From: Mustelus asterias
Lineage: Eukaryota
Reading direction: 5' to 3'
Length of the DNA stretch: 64,000 nucleotides
Assembly (NCBI RefSeq): GCF_964213995.1
Contig: NC_135801.1
Span: forward strand, 40,548,001 to 40,612,000
Numbering within the stretch: the stretch's first letter is position 1; the number at the start of each line of letters is the position of its first letter. This document shows positions 46,925 to 60,019 of this stretch, in pieces. The position numbers and the translations under genes are program-made. Under the pieces are notes generated by a model. It was not told the DNA's origin and ran no database searches. It saw nothing but the letters and a program-made list of their open reading frames with translations.

Positions 46925-47295
46925 TAATTTTTTCATGTCTTCATGGGACATGGACACCATTGGCAAGGCCAGCATTTGTTGTCCATCCCAAATTCTCCTT
47001 GGACGAAGTGACCTGCTAGGCCATTTCAGAGGGCAATTAAGTCACCACATTGCTGTGGGTCTGCAGTCACATGTAGGCCAAACCAGGTCGAGGTGGCACA
47101 TTTCCTTCCCTAAAGGACATTAGTGAATCAGATGGGTTTTTAAAACAATCATGGTCAGCGTTACTGAGATGTGTTTTATATTTCAGATTTAGTAATTGAA
47201 TTTAAATTCCAGTAGCTGACATGGTGTGATTTCAACCCATTAGCCTGGGTCTCTGGATTATTAGTCCAGCGACATTATCACCACATGACTATCTC
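46925..47295 (-). mobile_element. tRNA-derived SINE, same family as 9621-9972
   Basis: Shares ggccagcattt.ttgtccatccc…ccacattgctg.gg.tctg.agtcacatgtaggcca. Confidence 0.75.
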
Positions 47296-48149
47296 AATTA
47301 TGAAATATTTATTCGACAGTTAATCTGAAGTCTGACAGTTTTTTTACTGATCGAATTAAAAATTTATCTTCATTTGCGATCAACAGAATAAAATGGCAGA
47401 GTGAAGTTTTTTTGACTGCTAGCCTCATTTCTAAATTATCCTTTCCTTATCGGTCCATCTGCCTACAACTACATGCAATAGGAGACCACTTCTATTTTCT
47501 TCTTTTTCTCCATATGACTCTCAGAAGATCACAAAATAATTGCATTAAAGGAGGAACTTTAGCCCACATTAGGCTCATTATGGATGGATGAACCAAAGTC
47601 CCCCTGTTGTACCAACAATTTACATTTATACAGCATTTATAGTAGCCTAAAGTAAACAAAAACATGATCTTTCAGCAGCAGATGACCTAAGGCGGAGGTG
47701 AAAATAGGGCAACATTACTGAGGTAGATGGTTTTGCTAATGAAGAGGATATAGAGTCAGTAGTTCACTTCAGAGGTGATCACCCATTTTGCATTCATCGT
47801 CCTCTAAAGAAATTCTTCCACACGACTAGGTCAATGAGGGATATCATTTCCTTTTCTCCACATTTGGCAACTGATAAGGAACAGAGTACGAATGAGAATT
47901 TTACATGTATATCCCGCAATGATATTGTTAATTCTTTTAGCTATCGGTTCTTTGAAGTTTCACATCAATTTGTGAACAGTTCAAATAATTTACTTATTTA
48001 ATAACTTGACTAATAGGTTTTGCAGTGATCAACCTTTATGACAAGCCTACTCTTTCACAATCATTTAGTCTACAGTATTTTGAAAGTTTGACATACTTGA
48101 TCATCTATTTCCTGAATATTTAAGTGAGAATTAGTTAAACCTCTATATA

Positions 48150-48480
48150 TTATCATTGAATCATAGAGCAAAGGTGCAGGTAATTCAACCCACCACGCCG
48201 ATGCTTTGAAAAAGATATCCAATTAACCCAGTCTGCTGCTCTTGCCCCATATCCCAACAATGTTTCCTCCAAGTATTTAACCAGTTTCCTTTTGAAAATT
48301 ACCATTAGACCTACTTCCAGTACCCTTTTAGTCAGTATATTCCAGGTTGCATAACTCTCTGCATAAAAATAACTCATCTTCCTGTGGTTCTTTTGATAAT
48401 TATCTTAAATTTATGGCCTCTGGTTGCCAACACGCCAGCGAGTGGAAACATTTTCTCCCCATTTACTTCATCAAAAGACA
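48150..48480 (-). mobile_element. Old CR1 3' fragment
   Basis: ORF 48153-48377 (WNIL..RVLE…FKRKL.KYL…GYG.RA..W). Confidence 0.7.
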
Positions 48481-48499
48481 TCAATTTTGTACACATACA

Positions 48500-50110
48500 T
48501 TAAGTTCACTCTCCCTGTCCCAGCAGCAGCACAGACACAACAGAGGTGCTGAGCCAGTAGTATACAGTCAGGAAGAAGTTGCCCTGGGTCCTCAACATCG
48601 ACGCCAGACTCCATGAAGTCATATGGCATGAGGTTAAACATGGACAAGAAAACCTCCTGCTTATTACCATGTACCATTCCCCCACTCAGCTGATGAATCA
48701 GTATTCTTCCATGTCGAACACCACTTGGATGAAGCACTGAAGGTTGCAAGAGCACAGAATGTATTCTGGGTTGGGGACTTAAATGTCCATCACAAAGAGT
48801 GGCTCGGTAGCACCATAACTGACCAAACTGGTACAGTCCTAAAGGACATTACTGCTAGTCTGGGCCTGCAGCAGGTGGTGAGTGAACGAAAAAAGGGAAA
48901 AGCATACTTGACCTCATCCTCACAAACCCCCCTACTGCAAATGCATCTGTCCAAGATAGTAACGGTAGGAGTGATCACCGCACAGTCCTTGTGGAGGTAG
49001 AGTCCCAACTTCACATTAAAGATACCCTCCACTATGTAGTGTGGCACTACCACTGTGCTAAATGGGATAGATTTTAAACTGATCTAGAACTCAAGACTAG
49101 GCACCCATGAGGAGCAGTAGCAGAATTGTACTCAACCACAATCTGTGACCTCATGGCCCAGCATTTCCCCACTCTACCATTACCACCAAATAGTGGTTCA
49201 AAGAAGAGTGCAGGAGGGCATGCCAAAAGCAGTACCAGCCATACCTAAATATGACGTGAAGCTTCTACACAGGACTATTAGCATGCCAAAAAATATAAGC
49301 AGCAAGTGATAGACAGAGCTAAGTGATTCCACAACCTACATGTCAGATCTAGGCTCCAGAGCCCTGCCACATCCAGTTGTGAATGGTGGTGGACAACTAA
49401 ACAACTCACTGGAGGTGGCTCCACAAGTATCCCTATCCTCAAATGATGGAGGAATCAAGCACATCAGTGCAAAAGAAAAGGCTGAAGCATTTGCTACAAT
49501 CTTCAGCCAGACGTGCCGAATGGATGATCCATCTTGACCCTGCCCTGAGATCCCCAAAATCACAGATGTCAGTATCCAGCCAATTTGATTCACTCCCAGT
49601 GATAACAACGACTTAAGGCACTGGAAACTGCAACGGCTATGGGCCCTGACAACAGTCCAGCAATAGGACTGAAGACTTGTGCTCCAGAACTTGCTGTGTC
49701 CCTTGCCAAGCTGCTCCAGTACAGCTCCAACACTGGTATCTATCTACCCAGCAATGTAGAAAATTGCTCAGATATGTCCTGTTCATAAGAAGCAGGACAA
49801 ATCCAATCTGGCTAATTACCGCTCAATCAGAATACTCTTGATCAGCAGTAAAGTGACAGGAGGGGTCATCAACAGCACTATCAAATGGAACTAACCTATT
49901 CACCGAGGTTCAGTTTGGTTTCCACCAAGGCCACTCAGCTCCTGACCTCATTACAGCCTTCGTTCAAACATGGACTAAAGAGCTGAACTCCAGAGGCGAG
50001 GTGAGATTGACTGACCTTGACATCAAGGCCGCTTTTGACTAAGGTGTAGCATCACAGAGCCCGAGCAAAACTGGAGTCAATGGATATTAGGGGAAAATTT
50101 ATGCTGGAGT
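48500..50110 (+). mobile_element. LINE (second CR1-group family), APE-RT fragment
   Basis: WVGDLNVHHKEWLGS, ILDLIL, SDH, AMGPD, HKKQDKSNLANYRSI and LDIKAAFD, with frameshifts. Confidence 0.8.
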
Positions 50111-50319
50111 CATGGAGTGAATGAGAAAATACTTGACATCTTCAGCATCCTTCCATCCACAAAAGATGATTGACAGGCAGCAAACAATCAATTTCAGATG
50201 GGGTGTCTACAAATGGCACACACCTTTGAACATGACTGAATAGGCTAATCCCCAAAGTGGCAGCTTCTGTCAGACATGCCGTATATTAAGCATCCAAGTG
50301 TTGTTGTTTTTTGGCATTG

Positions 50320-50990
50320 ACACCTATTGCCAAGCTGGCGTATGAGGAAGATCATCTTCTGGCATGGAACCTGCACTGTGTTTCTGGGTATAATCAGTCT
50401 GCAAGTAAGCATGACCAAGGCAAAGGCCTCGTCTGTGACACTAAGGAGTTAGGTGCTCCAGTAGTTGTGGCAGTCTCTTTTGTTGTCTTTGTTTTTCAGT
50501 GAGATGGTTTTTGCACTAGTTACCTTCCGTACAACAGAGCCTCTTTTCCAGCAGAGGAAGAAAAGATCATTGAGGTGTGGCAATATACAAAACATTGTGC
50601 TTCAGTAATATGGTTGGGATTCCATCCTATCCAGGTGCCTCGGTTGGAATTCTATCCTAGTCAGATGCTTTCCTGTTTATGAAGTGTTCCAAGGCCTTCT
50701 CGAGCTCAACTGAAGAAGGTTTTTCAGCTAACTCATCCATAACAGGAAGCAGGAGAAGTGTCAAGTGCAGACTGGGACATATCCGTCTCACAGGAGTATA
50801 GCTCACAGTTCAACCCAACAGGACATCGGTTTACTTTTGCTGGTGAATACTTCACAATCAGCTGACTTCAGGGGAGAAACTTTGGTGATTGTACGACTGA
50901 GTTTCCTCAAGGTCCCTTCATACACGAGCTTGTAGATTTCCATCATCATAGGCAGTTGGATTTCTTGACACAAGTTAATCCAGTGTTTAT
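50320..50990 (-). mobile_element. RTE-clade LINE relic
   Basis: Minus strand APG*DGIP…DCHNY…LLSV…YPETQCRF is RTE RT domains 0-2. Confidence 0.65.
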
Positions 50991-50999
50991 TTGCGCAAT

Positions 51000-51369
51000 A
51001 CTTCCCTATTTATTTTTTGCATGGCTATCTTGGCTACTTTCAGGCTGTACATTATTTTAGCTGTTAGGTTTATGTTGGCAACGTGGCAACATACTAAATA
51101 ATGAATAGGATAAAAGCAGACTTTGTGAGGGCATAGTCTTCGATTAAAATGGAAAAACATATGCAAATGTAATTTAATGCAGGCAAGTGAAAAGTGATGC
51201 ATTTTGGGAAAAATGAGGAGGCATTATAATTTAAGGTGAAGGTGCAAAGGGACCAATGAAGTGCATCTACAAATCTCTGAATGTGGCAGGGCAAGTTGAT
51301 ATGGTAGGGCAGGTTGATATGGCAATTTGAAAAGTTTACGGCATTCTTATAGGGGCAGTGAATACTAAA
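51000..51369 (+). mobile_element. Old CR1 fragment
   Basis: Decayed QM*FNAGK*KVMHFGK…SLNVAGQVD. Confidence 0.65.
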
Positions 51370-52554
51370 CTTATGAGGGCATAAGATTCTTATGAAAGAT
51401 GCCTTCATAACAACATATACACAGGATCTGCTCAGATGAGGAGGATCGCAACAGACACCTCCAGACGCTGAAAGATGCCCTCATAAGAACAGGATATGGC
51501 GCTCAACTCATCGATCGACAGTTCCGACGCACCACAGCCAAAAACCACACCGACCTCCTCAGAAGACAAACATGGGACACGGCGGACAGAGTACCCTTTG
51601 TCGTCCAGTACTTCCCCGGAGCGGAGAAGCTACAACATCTTCTCCAGAGCCTTCAACATATCATCAATGAAGACAAAGGCCATACCCACACCCCCACTTC
51701 TTGCCTTCAAACAATCACGCAACCTCAAACAGAGCACTGTCCGCAGCAATCTACCTAGCCTTCAGAACAGTGACCACGACACAACACCACACAACCCTGC
51801 CACAGCTACCCCTGCAAGACGTGCCGGATCATCGACATGGATGCCATCATCTCACGTGAGAACACCATCCACCAGCTACACGGTACATACTCTTGCAACT
51901 CGGCCAACATTGTCTACCTGATACGCTGCAGGAAAGGATGTCCCGAGGCATGGTACACTGGGGAGACCATGCAGACGCTACGATAACGGATGAATGAACA
52001 CCGCTCGATAATCACCAGGCAGGAGTATTCTCTTCCTGTTGGGGAACACTTCAGCAGTCACGGGCATTCGGCCTCTGATCTTCAGGTAAGCGTTCTCCAA
52101 GGCGGCCTTCACGACACACGACAGCACAGAGTCGCTGAGCAGAGACTGATAGCCAAGTTCCGCACACATGAGGACGGCCTCAACTGGGATTTTGGGTTTG
52201 TGTCACACTATCTGTAACCCCCACGACTTGCCTGGGCTTGCAAAATCTCACTAACTGTCCTGGCTGGAGACAATACACATCTCTTTAACCTGTGCTTAAT
52301 CCTCTCTCCACTCACATTGCCTGTACCTTTAAGACTTGATTACCTGTAAAGACTCGCATTCCAACCATTGTTTTGTAAATTGAGTCTGTGTCTTTATATG
52401 CCCTGTTTGTGAACAGAACTCCCACTCCTCCTGAAGGAGCAGCGCTCTGAAAGCTTGTGGCTTGTGCTACCAAATAAACCTGTTGGACTTTAACCTGGTG
52501 TTGTGAGACTTCTTACTGTGCTTTCCCCAGTCCAACGCCGGCATCTCCACATCA
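51370..52554 (+). mobile_element. Penelope-like family A, 5'-truncated (RT thumb/linker, GIY-YIG, 3' terminus)
   Basis: RICSDEEDRNRHLQTLKDALIRTGY…VPFVVQY…IVYLIRCRKGCPEAWY.GET…EQRLIAKFRTHEDGLN. Ends GGCATCTCCACATCA. The hammerhead core at about 52431 has a 3-nt deletion. Confidence 0.93.
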
Positions 52555-53164
52555 GGGACAGAAAGCCAGGCCTCTTTTTCTTGCCCTACCATGCCCCACC
52601 TACCCCAACCATGTTAAAATCAGCTAACTCAGAACAGAGCAAAAATTGAACCTGGGGCCTTTTTGTCTGCATGGAATTGCAAGTTCATCCAGTGAGTAGC
52701 TTAGAATTGGGATAGCTATTTTACTGTCTTTGTGCGGTATGCAAAATAGCCTATTATGTTCGTGTGAATTGTCGGTTGTTACAATTATTGCAATTTCATT
52801 ACTTTTGTCAAACAAATGCTGGGACAGTAACAACACAAAGATGATTACAGTTAAAAATTATTCACTCCCCTAAGATCCAAAATGATATTCCTTAATTCAG
52901 CAAACAACAGAGAAAGTTGACTTCTCCATTTCAGTTCCTGACATCAGCTCTGTCACTATGGGAATGCGACAAACAGGTGGCAAGTAATTCATTAAGCCTT
53001 ACATGGATCTGGGACTGAATGCAGAATATTATTTGCAAGGTCTAACATGAAATGTACATATTTCATGTTAAACATTGGACGTAATATTCGACTGGGGGCT
53101 CGGTGGGGGGGAAAAAGGCCCAGCATTTGACTGGGGGCTTGGTGGGGATGCCCGGGTGAAACTT

Positions 53165-53697
53165 TGGCGAGGCCACAGTTAAGAGTAGTGAATGCAGTTC
53201 TGGTCGCCAAGTTATAGGAAGGGTGGGATTGCACTGGAGGGGGTGCAGAGGAGATTAACCAGGATGCTTCCTTGGATGGAACATTTAAATTATGAAGAGA
53301 GATTGGATATGCTTGGATTGTTTTTGTTAGAGCAGAGAAGACTGAGGAGTGACCTGATCAAGATACAGAAGGTATTGAGGGACATGGACAAAGTGGATAA
53401 GGACCAGCTGTTCCCTTAGTTGAAGCGTTAGTCACAAATGAGACATAGGTTTATTAAGGAGGAAAAACCTTTTTACTCAAAGGGTGGTGATGGTCTGGAA
53501 CGCACTGCCTGGGAGGGTGGTAGGGGCGGGTTCCCTCACATCCTTTAAAAAGTACCTGGACGAGCATTTGGCAAATCATAACATTCAAGGCCATGGGCCA
53601 AGTGCTGTAGATGGGATTACATGGGAGTTCAGGTGTTTCTCATGTCTCGGTGCAGACCCGATGGGCCGAAGGGCCTCTTCTGCATCGTATCATTCTA
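53165..53697 (+). mobile_element. CR1 3' fragment
   Basis: ORFs 53192-53419 and 53484-53753 (QFWSP…YEERL…WNALPG). Confidence 0.9.
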
Positions 53698-53699
53698 AG

Positions 53700-53910
53700 C
53701 ACAAGTATAGAGTAGACAATATTGTAAATTGTTTTATCTTTGACCTTGCATAGAACAATTTTTTTATTGTTCAAAACTTGTGGAAACATTGTAGTTTTAT
53801 TCGCTTAACAAGTGTCTTAGATCTCAAACTTTGTCTATATTAAACAAAAAGTTAATGGACCCTAACCAAATAATACTAAAACCTTGGGGGTCTGGCCCAG
53901 GATTGTAACA
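53700..53910 (+). mobile_element. LTR 3' end fragment
   Basis: Ends …ggtctggcccaggattgtaaCA and resembles 1900-2000/2480-2536. Confidence 0.4.
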
Positions 53911-54799
53911 GTTGTGTCACACTATTCCTCGCTACACTAAAATTGCATAGTACACCGACAGTGGCTGTAGAACTTGATCCAAAAATAAATTAAATGCTGC
54001 TTTTCAAAGTACCACTGTATATGAAGGTATTTCTTCTTTTTAAAAAAGTTAGGCTCATTTATAAACTCTACTTTAAGTACTGTATTTTATGAACACTCAC
54101 AGGGACCTTTTAGAGCAATTATTCTCTACAGCCCATGGTCTAAACTGTCTGAATATGACTGAATCAGTCAGTGACCAACAGTTAACTCAACCTCAGCAAC
54201 TGAACAATAATCCAGAGCCTGCAGGATTTCACAGATCTGCCCAGGCAGAGGTCATTAGCAAAATAAACTTAATAAAATTAAAAAAGCTATTTCCACCAAC
54301 TTAACTGGTTGTTTCTCAATTATCTGAGCATAAAATTAAATAAATTTGTTTCCACAAGAAATAAACAATCACTGAGTTTTATACAGCCTACTTTGAAAGT
54401 TATTGTGGTAGGTTTTTAACATTTTCTCAGACTAGTTATGTACTATGATTTTTAAAATTAATAACCCAATGCATTCATTTTAATTAACAATCTGGCAGTA
54501 CCATGTTAGAATGCAATGGTGCCAGAGGTATGTTAAACTTGGACTAATGTCTACAAGTCACCCATTTTAACAAAGTCATTGTAGACATTAGTAATTGGAG
54601 GCTACATACTCCCCTCAGGAGCAGATACTTGCATTCATTTAGTTGCAGCAGTTCCAAGCATCATTGGAAGTACTGGAAATAGTTTGACCATTTGCCCTCT
54701 TAGTTATAAAATCCAATGTGAATTGGTCCAGCTTGGAATTATTTTTCATTTATTTAAACAAAATACAAAAATTTGGGTTTCCCCAGTGATTCAGAGATA

Positions 54800-55440
54800 A
54801 GTATAATCTCCAAAATATTCTCACTGGGAAAAGATGGAAAGAGCTCAGCATGGACAGATCCAGATGCAACTGTGATACCCTCCCAACCCCATCCCTACAA
54901 CCTAAGTTCTCAGCACTCACATAAGAATAATGGTCACTTAGACAAGGTACAAAGTGGAGGTACACAGAAGTGAAAATCCAAGTACATAGATCATTAGAAT
55001 GTCATGAACAGGTACAGAAAATAATGTAAAATGGCTACTGGAATAGTGGGCCTTTATATCCAGAGGACTAGAAAACAAGGGGGTAGAAGTTATATCACAG
55101 GGATACAAAGTTCTGTTAAACCACATCTGGAATACTGTAAGCAGTTCTGGGCACCAGATCTTGGGAAGAATACACTGGACTTGAAGGGGATGTCGTGTAG
55201 GTTTAGCAGTATGATAAGGATTGAATTATATAAACTGAAGTTGTATTCCTACAATTTAGACAGTTAAAGCAGTGGTGGAGAATCTGATTGAGGTTTTCAA
55301 GATATTAAGGGGAACACATATGGTAGATAGATGCTAATGCAGCTGATTGGAGAGTCCAGAATGAGGGACATAATCTAAAAATTAGGCCAGGCCTTTCAGG
55401 AATTAAATTATGGAATACTACATGCAAAAGGTAAAATAAG
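54800..55440 (+). mobile_element. Old CR1 fragment
   Basis: VKPHLEYCKQFWAP…LIEVFKILRG. Confidence 0.75.
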
Positions 55441-55447
55441 TTGGGTT

Positions 55448-55568
55448 CACAGAATCCCTACAGTGCAGAAGGAGGCCATTCAGCCCATCAAGTCTGCACC
55501 GACCACAATCCCATCCAGACCCTATCCCCATAACCCCTTATATTTACCCTGCTAATCTCTCTGACACA
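55448..55568 (-). mobile_element. HE1-type SINE 3' fragment
   Basis: cagaatccctacagtgcagaaggaggccattc…. Confidence 0.85.
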
Positions 55569-55569
55569 A

Positions 55570-56735
55570 GTGTGTGGATGAGGGTAGTGCAGTAGATGTA
55601 GTTTACATGGAGTTCAGCAAAGCCTTTGACAAAGTCCCACATGGGAGACTTATTAAGAAGGCTAATGCACATGGGATACAGGGTGAACTGACAAGGTGGA
55701 TTCATAATTGACTTAGCGGTAGGAAACAGAGGGTGATGATAAAGGCTGCTTTAGTGACTAGAGCCCAGTTGTGTACCACAGGGATCCGTGCTGGGCCTCC
55801 TATTGTTCGTCATTTACATAAATGACATAGATGACTATATGGGGGGTAGTTTGCCGATGACACAAAGGTTGGCTGGGTAGTTAACAGTGAGGTTGAGTGT
55901 CTTTGATTACCAAGAAGATATAGACAAGATGGGTGGATAAGTGGCAGATGGAATTTAACCCTGAAAAGTGTGAGGTGATGCACTTTGGAAGGAATAATTT
56001 GACAAGGAACCATGAAAGGTCTGACACTGGGAAATTCCGAAGAACAAAGGGACCTTGGCGTGTTTGTCCATCGATTTCTGAATGCAGAAAGGCAGGTAAA
56101 TAGGATGGTGAAAAAGGCATATGGCACACTCGCCTTTATCAATCGGGGTATAGATTACAAAAGCAGAGAGGTCATGATGGAGTTGTATTGAACTTTGGTG
56201 AGGCCACAGCTGGAGTACTGTGCGCAGTTCTGGTCGCCACATTATAGGAAGGACGCGAACGCACAGGAGTGGGTGCAGAGGAGATTCACCAGGATGCTGC
56301 CTGGGATGGAACATTTAAGTTATGAAGAGAGGTTGGATAGGCTTGGGCTGTTTTCACTGGAGCAGAGAAGACTGAGGGGCGACCTGATTGAGGTGTTCAC
56401 GATTAAGAGGGGCATGGACAGGGTGGATAGGGAGCAGCTGTTCCCCTTAGTTGAAGGGTCAGTTACGAGGGGATACAAGTTAAAAGTGAGGGGTGGGGAT
56501 TTAAGGAAAAACGTTTTTACTCAGAGGGTGGTGGTGGTGATCTGGAATGCACTGCCTGGGAGGGTGGTGGAGGTGGGATACCTCACATTCTTTAAAAGGT
56601 ACCTGGATGAGTACTTGGCACGCCATAACATTCAAGTGCTGGCAAGTGGGATTAGGTGGGCAGGTTTTTTTTAACATCGGTGCAGACTCGATGAGCCAAA
56701 GGGTCTCTTCTGCACTACAGTATTCTGTGATTCTG
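55570..56735 (+). mobile_element. CR1 LINE, RT to 3' end
   Basis: FSKAFDKVPH…PQGSVLG…FADDTK, and ORF 56195-56674. Confidence 0.93.
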
Positions 56736-57249
56736 ATATGCCAGAGCATATGAAGTCATGAGTAGACAAACAAAGATGCCAACTACCCAAACAGCTAGTC
56801 TTCAGTTAAGTCAAAAGAAAAGCAGCTATGTTGATACAGTGAAACAGAAACAAAATAAAACACACAGAATACAGAAGAGTTTTGGACGAACACAGGCAGA
56901 ATAAAATGTCCCGCATATGGGTCAAACTGCAGAGTGTCTTGAAAAACTGATCACTGGGAAGGGATGTGCAAAAGAAGATAGTAAAAGGTGTTACCAAAGG
57001 TAAAGCAAGAGAAAAAATGAGAACAAACCAAAATATCCATTTTCACACCCGATGATGGTGAGTTTGAGGACACAATAGACACAGGAACCATGCACCTAAA
57101 AATACACCCAGAAGCATCTGGATGCAATAGTTCCCAGAGGGAATTTTTTTTTTTTAAATCACACAACCATTCACATCAAGGAGAAGGTCAGAAATAAGTC
57201 CACAACTATAAATCTGAACCAGAGTCCAGAATATCATCCCGTTCAGATT

Positions 57250-58403
57250 ATAAGAACATAAGAACTAGGAGCAGGAGTCGGCCATCTGGCAGCTTGAGCC
57301 TGCTCCGCCATTCAATAAGATCATGGCTGATCTTTTTGTGGACTCAGCTCCACTTACCCGCCCCCTCACCATAAACCTTAATTCCTTTACTGTTCAAAAA
57401 TTTATCTATCCTTGCCTTAAAAACATTCAATGAGGTAGCCTCAACTGCTTCACTGGGCAGGGAATTCCACAGATTCACAACCCTGTGTGTGAAGAAGTTC
57501 CTCTTCAACTCAGCCTCAAAATAAGGGGAAGCAGATTTAGGACTATGCCCCCTAGTTCTAGTTTCACCCACTAGTGGAAACAACTTCCCTGCTTCTACCT
57601 TATCTATTCCCTTCATAATCTTATATGTTTCTATAAGATCTCCCCTCATTCTTCTGAATTCCAATGAGTATAGCCCCAGTCTACTCAGTCTCTCCTCATA
57701 AGCCAACCATCTCAACTCCGGAATCAATCTAGTGAATCTCCTCTGCACCCCTCCAGTGCCAGTATATCCTTTCTCAAGTAAGGAGACCAAAACTGTACAC
57801 AGTACTCCAGGTGTGGCCTCACCAGCACCTTATACAGCTGCAACATAATCTCGCTGTTTTTAAACTCCATCCCTCTAGCAATGGAGGACAAAATTCCATT
57901 TGCTTTCTTAATTACCTGCTGCACCTGCAAACCAACTCCTTGAGATTCCTGCACAAGGACACCCAGGTCCCTCTGCACAGCAGCATGCTGCAATTTTTTA
58001 CCATTTAAATAATAGTCCATTTTGCTGTTATTCCTACCAAAATGGATGACCTCACATATACCAACATTGTACTCCATCTGCCAGACCCTCGCCCACTCAC
58101 TTAGATTATCTATACCCCTTTGCAGACTTTCAGCGTCCTCTGCACACTTTGCTCTTCCACCCATCTTAGTGTCATCTGCAAATTTTGACACACTACATTT
58201 GATCCCCGACTCCAAATCATCTATGTAAATCATAAAAAACTGCGGTCCCAACGCTGATCCCTGAGGCACACCACTAGTCATTGATCGCCAACCAGAAAAA
58301 CACCCATTTACCCCCACTCTTTGCTTTCTGTTAGTTAACCAATCCTCTATCCATGCTAATACATTACCCGTAACACTGTGCACCTTTATCTTATGTAGCA
58401 GTC
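57250..58403 (-). mobile_element. CR1 LINE, RT to 3' end
   Basis: ORFs 57724-58545 (GVPQGSALGP…KFADDTK) and 57344-57790. Confidence 0.95.
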
Positions 58404-58476
58404 TTACGCCAGAAGAATGGTCCCAAGAAAGATGCTCTGAAAATGAGCGTGGTGATGCTGACAGCATATGGTGGAA

Positions 58477-58498
58477 TTCCAACGCCGGCATCTCCACA
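58477..58498 (+). mobile_element. Ultra-short Penelope family A terminus insertion
   Basis: tccaacgccggcatctccaca (identical to 52531-52551) sits between perfect 16-bp direct repeats acagcatatggtggaa (58461-58476 / 58496-58511). Confidence 0.85.
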
Positions 58499-60019
58499 GC
58501 ATATGGTGGAACAGAGATTTGACAGTTAAGAATGACCCAAATCAAATGGACATAAAAAGGAAAAGCTGTTAACAGTATGCCCCTTCATCACTGAAAAGAT
58601 GGTCCTGCTACCCTGGAGTTGAGCAGTTGCAAAGAGCTGCAGATGATCTCAGTAAACCATCTGATGAAGGAGACATCACTGAAGAACGGGCATAGCATAC
58701 CCGATGAAATGCACATTCCAATCAGAAGCAAGAAAGTTTAGGCCCAAATGTATCCCGAGTGTTTTGGCGAGACGGTTGTTTGCTTTGAAGATTTTGAGTA
58801 TCATATCACCAGAGAAGAAACCAGTGATTCATCCCTCACGCAAGCATCAATAAAGCTAAAAGGAGAACTTGAAAGGGGGCTCCAAGAGATGGAAGAAAAG
58901 GAAATGTTCGCCAACATCACAGAGCCTACAAATTAGGTTTATTCCATTGTTGAGAGAGAAGCTAAATTAGTGGTTACTGATTTGTCTTGATCCCAAAGAT
59001 CTTAGTCAAGCAATAAAGAGGAATCACTACCCTTTTCAACAATGGAAGAAATTACACCAGCACTGGCAGGAGCAAATATTTTTTAAAAATATAATGCTAG
59101 AAGTGATTACTGGAACATAAAGATTGACAAGGAATCTTTGTTGTTGATAGTACAAATTCCTGCACCTATCATTTGACCTTAAAATGAGCCCTGGATGTGT
59201 CCCAGCCAAAAGTAAACAAGACCAATAAAGCAGCATAGCCAATGACATTTAAATCTATCATGCCGATGAAAAAGACAATGACTACCATCTACATGAAGCC
59301 ATGGAAACAACCAGGAAAGTTGGGATCCAGCTAAACGTAAACAACTGCATTGTGAAGGTGATAAGAGTGCCAGTTCTTCAGATGGTGGACACACTGCAGG
59401 GTCCTGAAAAAAATCAAGCTATCTCAGAGTTGGAAACTCTAACAGACAAGAAAGAGCTGAGAAGTTTCCTCAGCTTAAGCAAGTATGAGCTCTCTCGTGT
59501 CTCATGTGTCAGAGCACACAGCAGACCTATGAGAGCTGATGAGAAAATACGCTGAGTACTAGAGTTATGAGAACTAGTATGCAAAGAGACATGTCTGTCA
59601 TTCTACAACAAAGATAAACCTGTCACTCTACAAGTAGATGCTTCCACAGAAGGACTGGGGGTAGCCCTGGATACAAGGTGGAAAACCTTTGCATCTGAAC
59701 CTCTAACATTAGCCTAGACCAGAGATGCCAACACAGATATTTTGGCAGTCATGCAAGAAATTACATACATGTCTCTATGGGGAAAAAGTTCACAGTGCAG
59801 ACTGATCATCATCCACTAGAATAGATCTACAAGAAAAATCTTTGCAGGACACCAGCAAAACTTAACAGGGTACTCTTGAGGCTTCAAAGTTATAATTTCA
59901 CTTGAAAATTCAAGTCAGGAAGAGAAATAGTGCTCGTTGGTAGATGCCATATCTCATTTACACCACTTGAGATAAAAGATCTAGGTTCTTTATCCATCAT
60001 CTTGTGAACACCATCAAAA

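Larger units (their letters stand above)
56760..59960 (+). mobile_element. Second Ty3/Gypsy relic, interrupted by CR1
   Basis: Gag knuckle CPAYGSNCRV…DHWEGMC (about 56905-56970), RT TEPT…ICLDPKDL..AIKRNHYP (about 58915-59035), RNase H LQVDASTEGLG and FTVQTDHHPLE. Confidence 0.8.
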
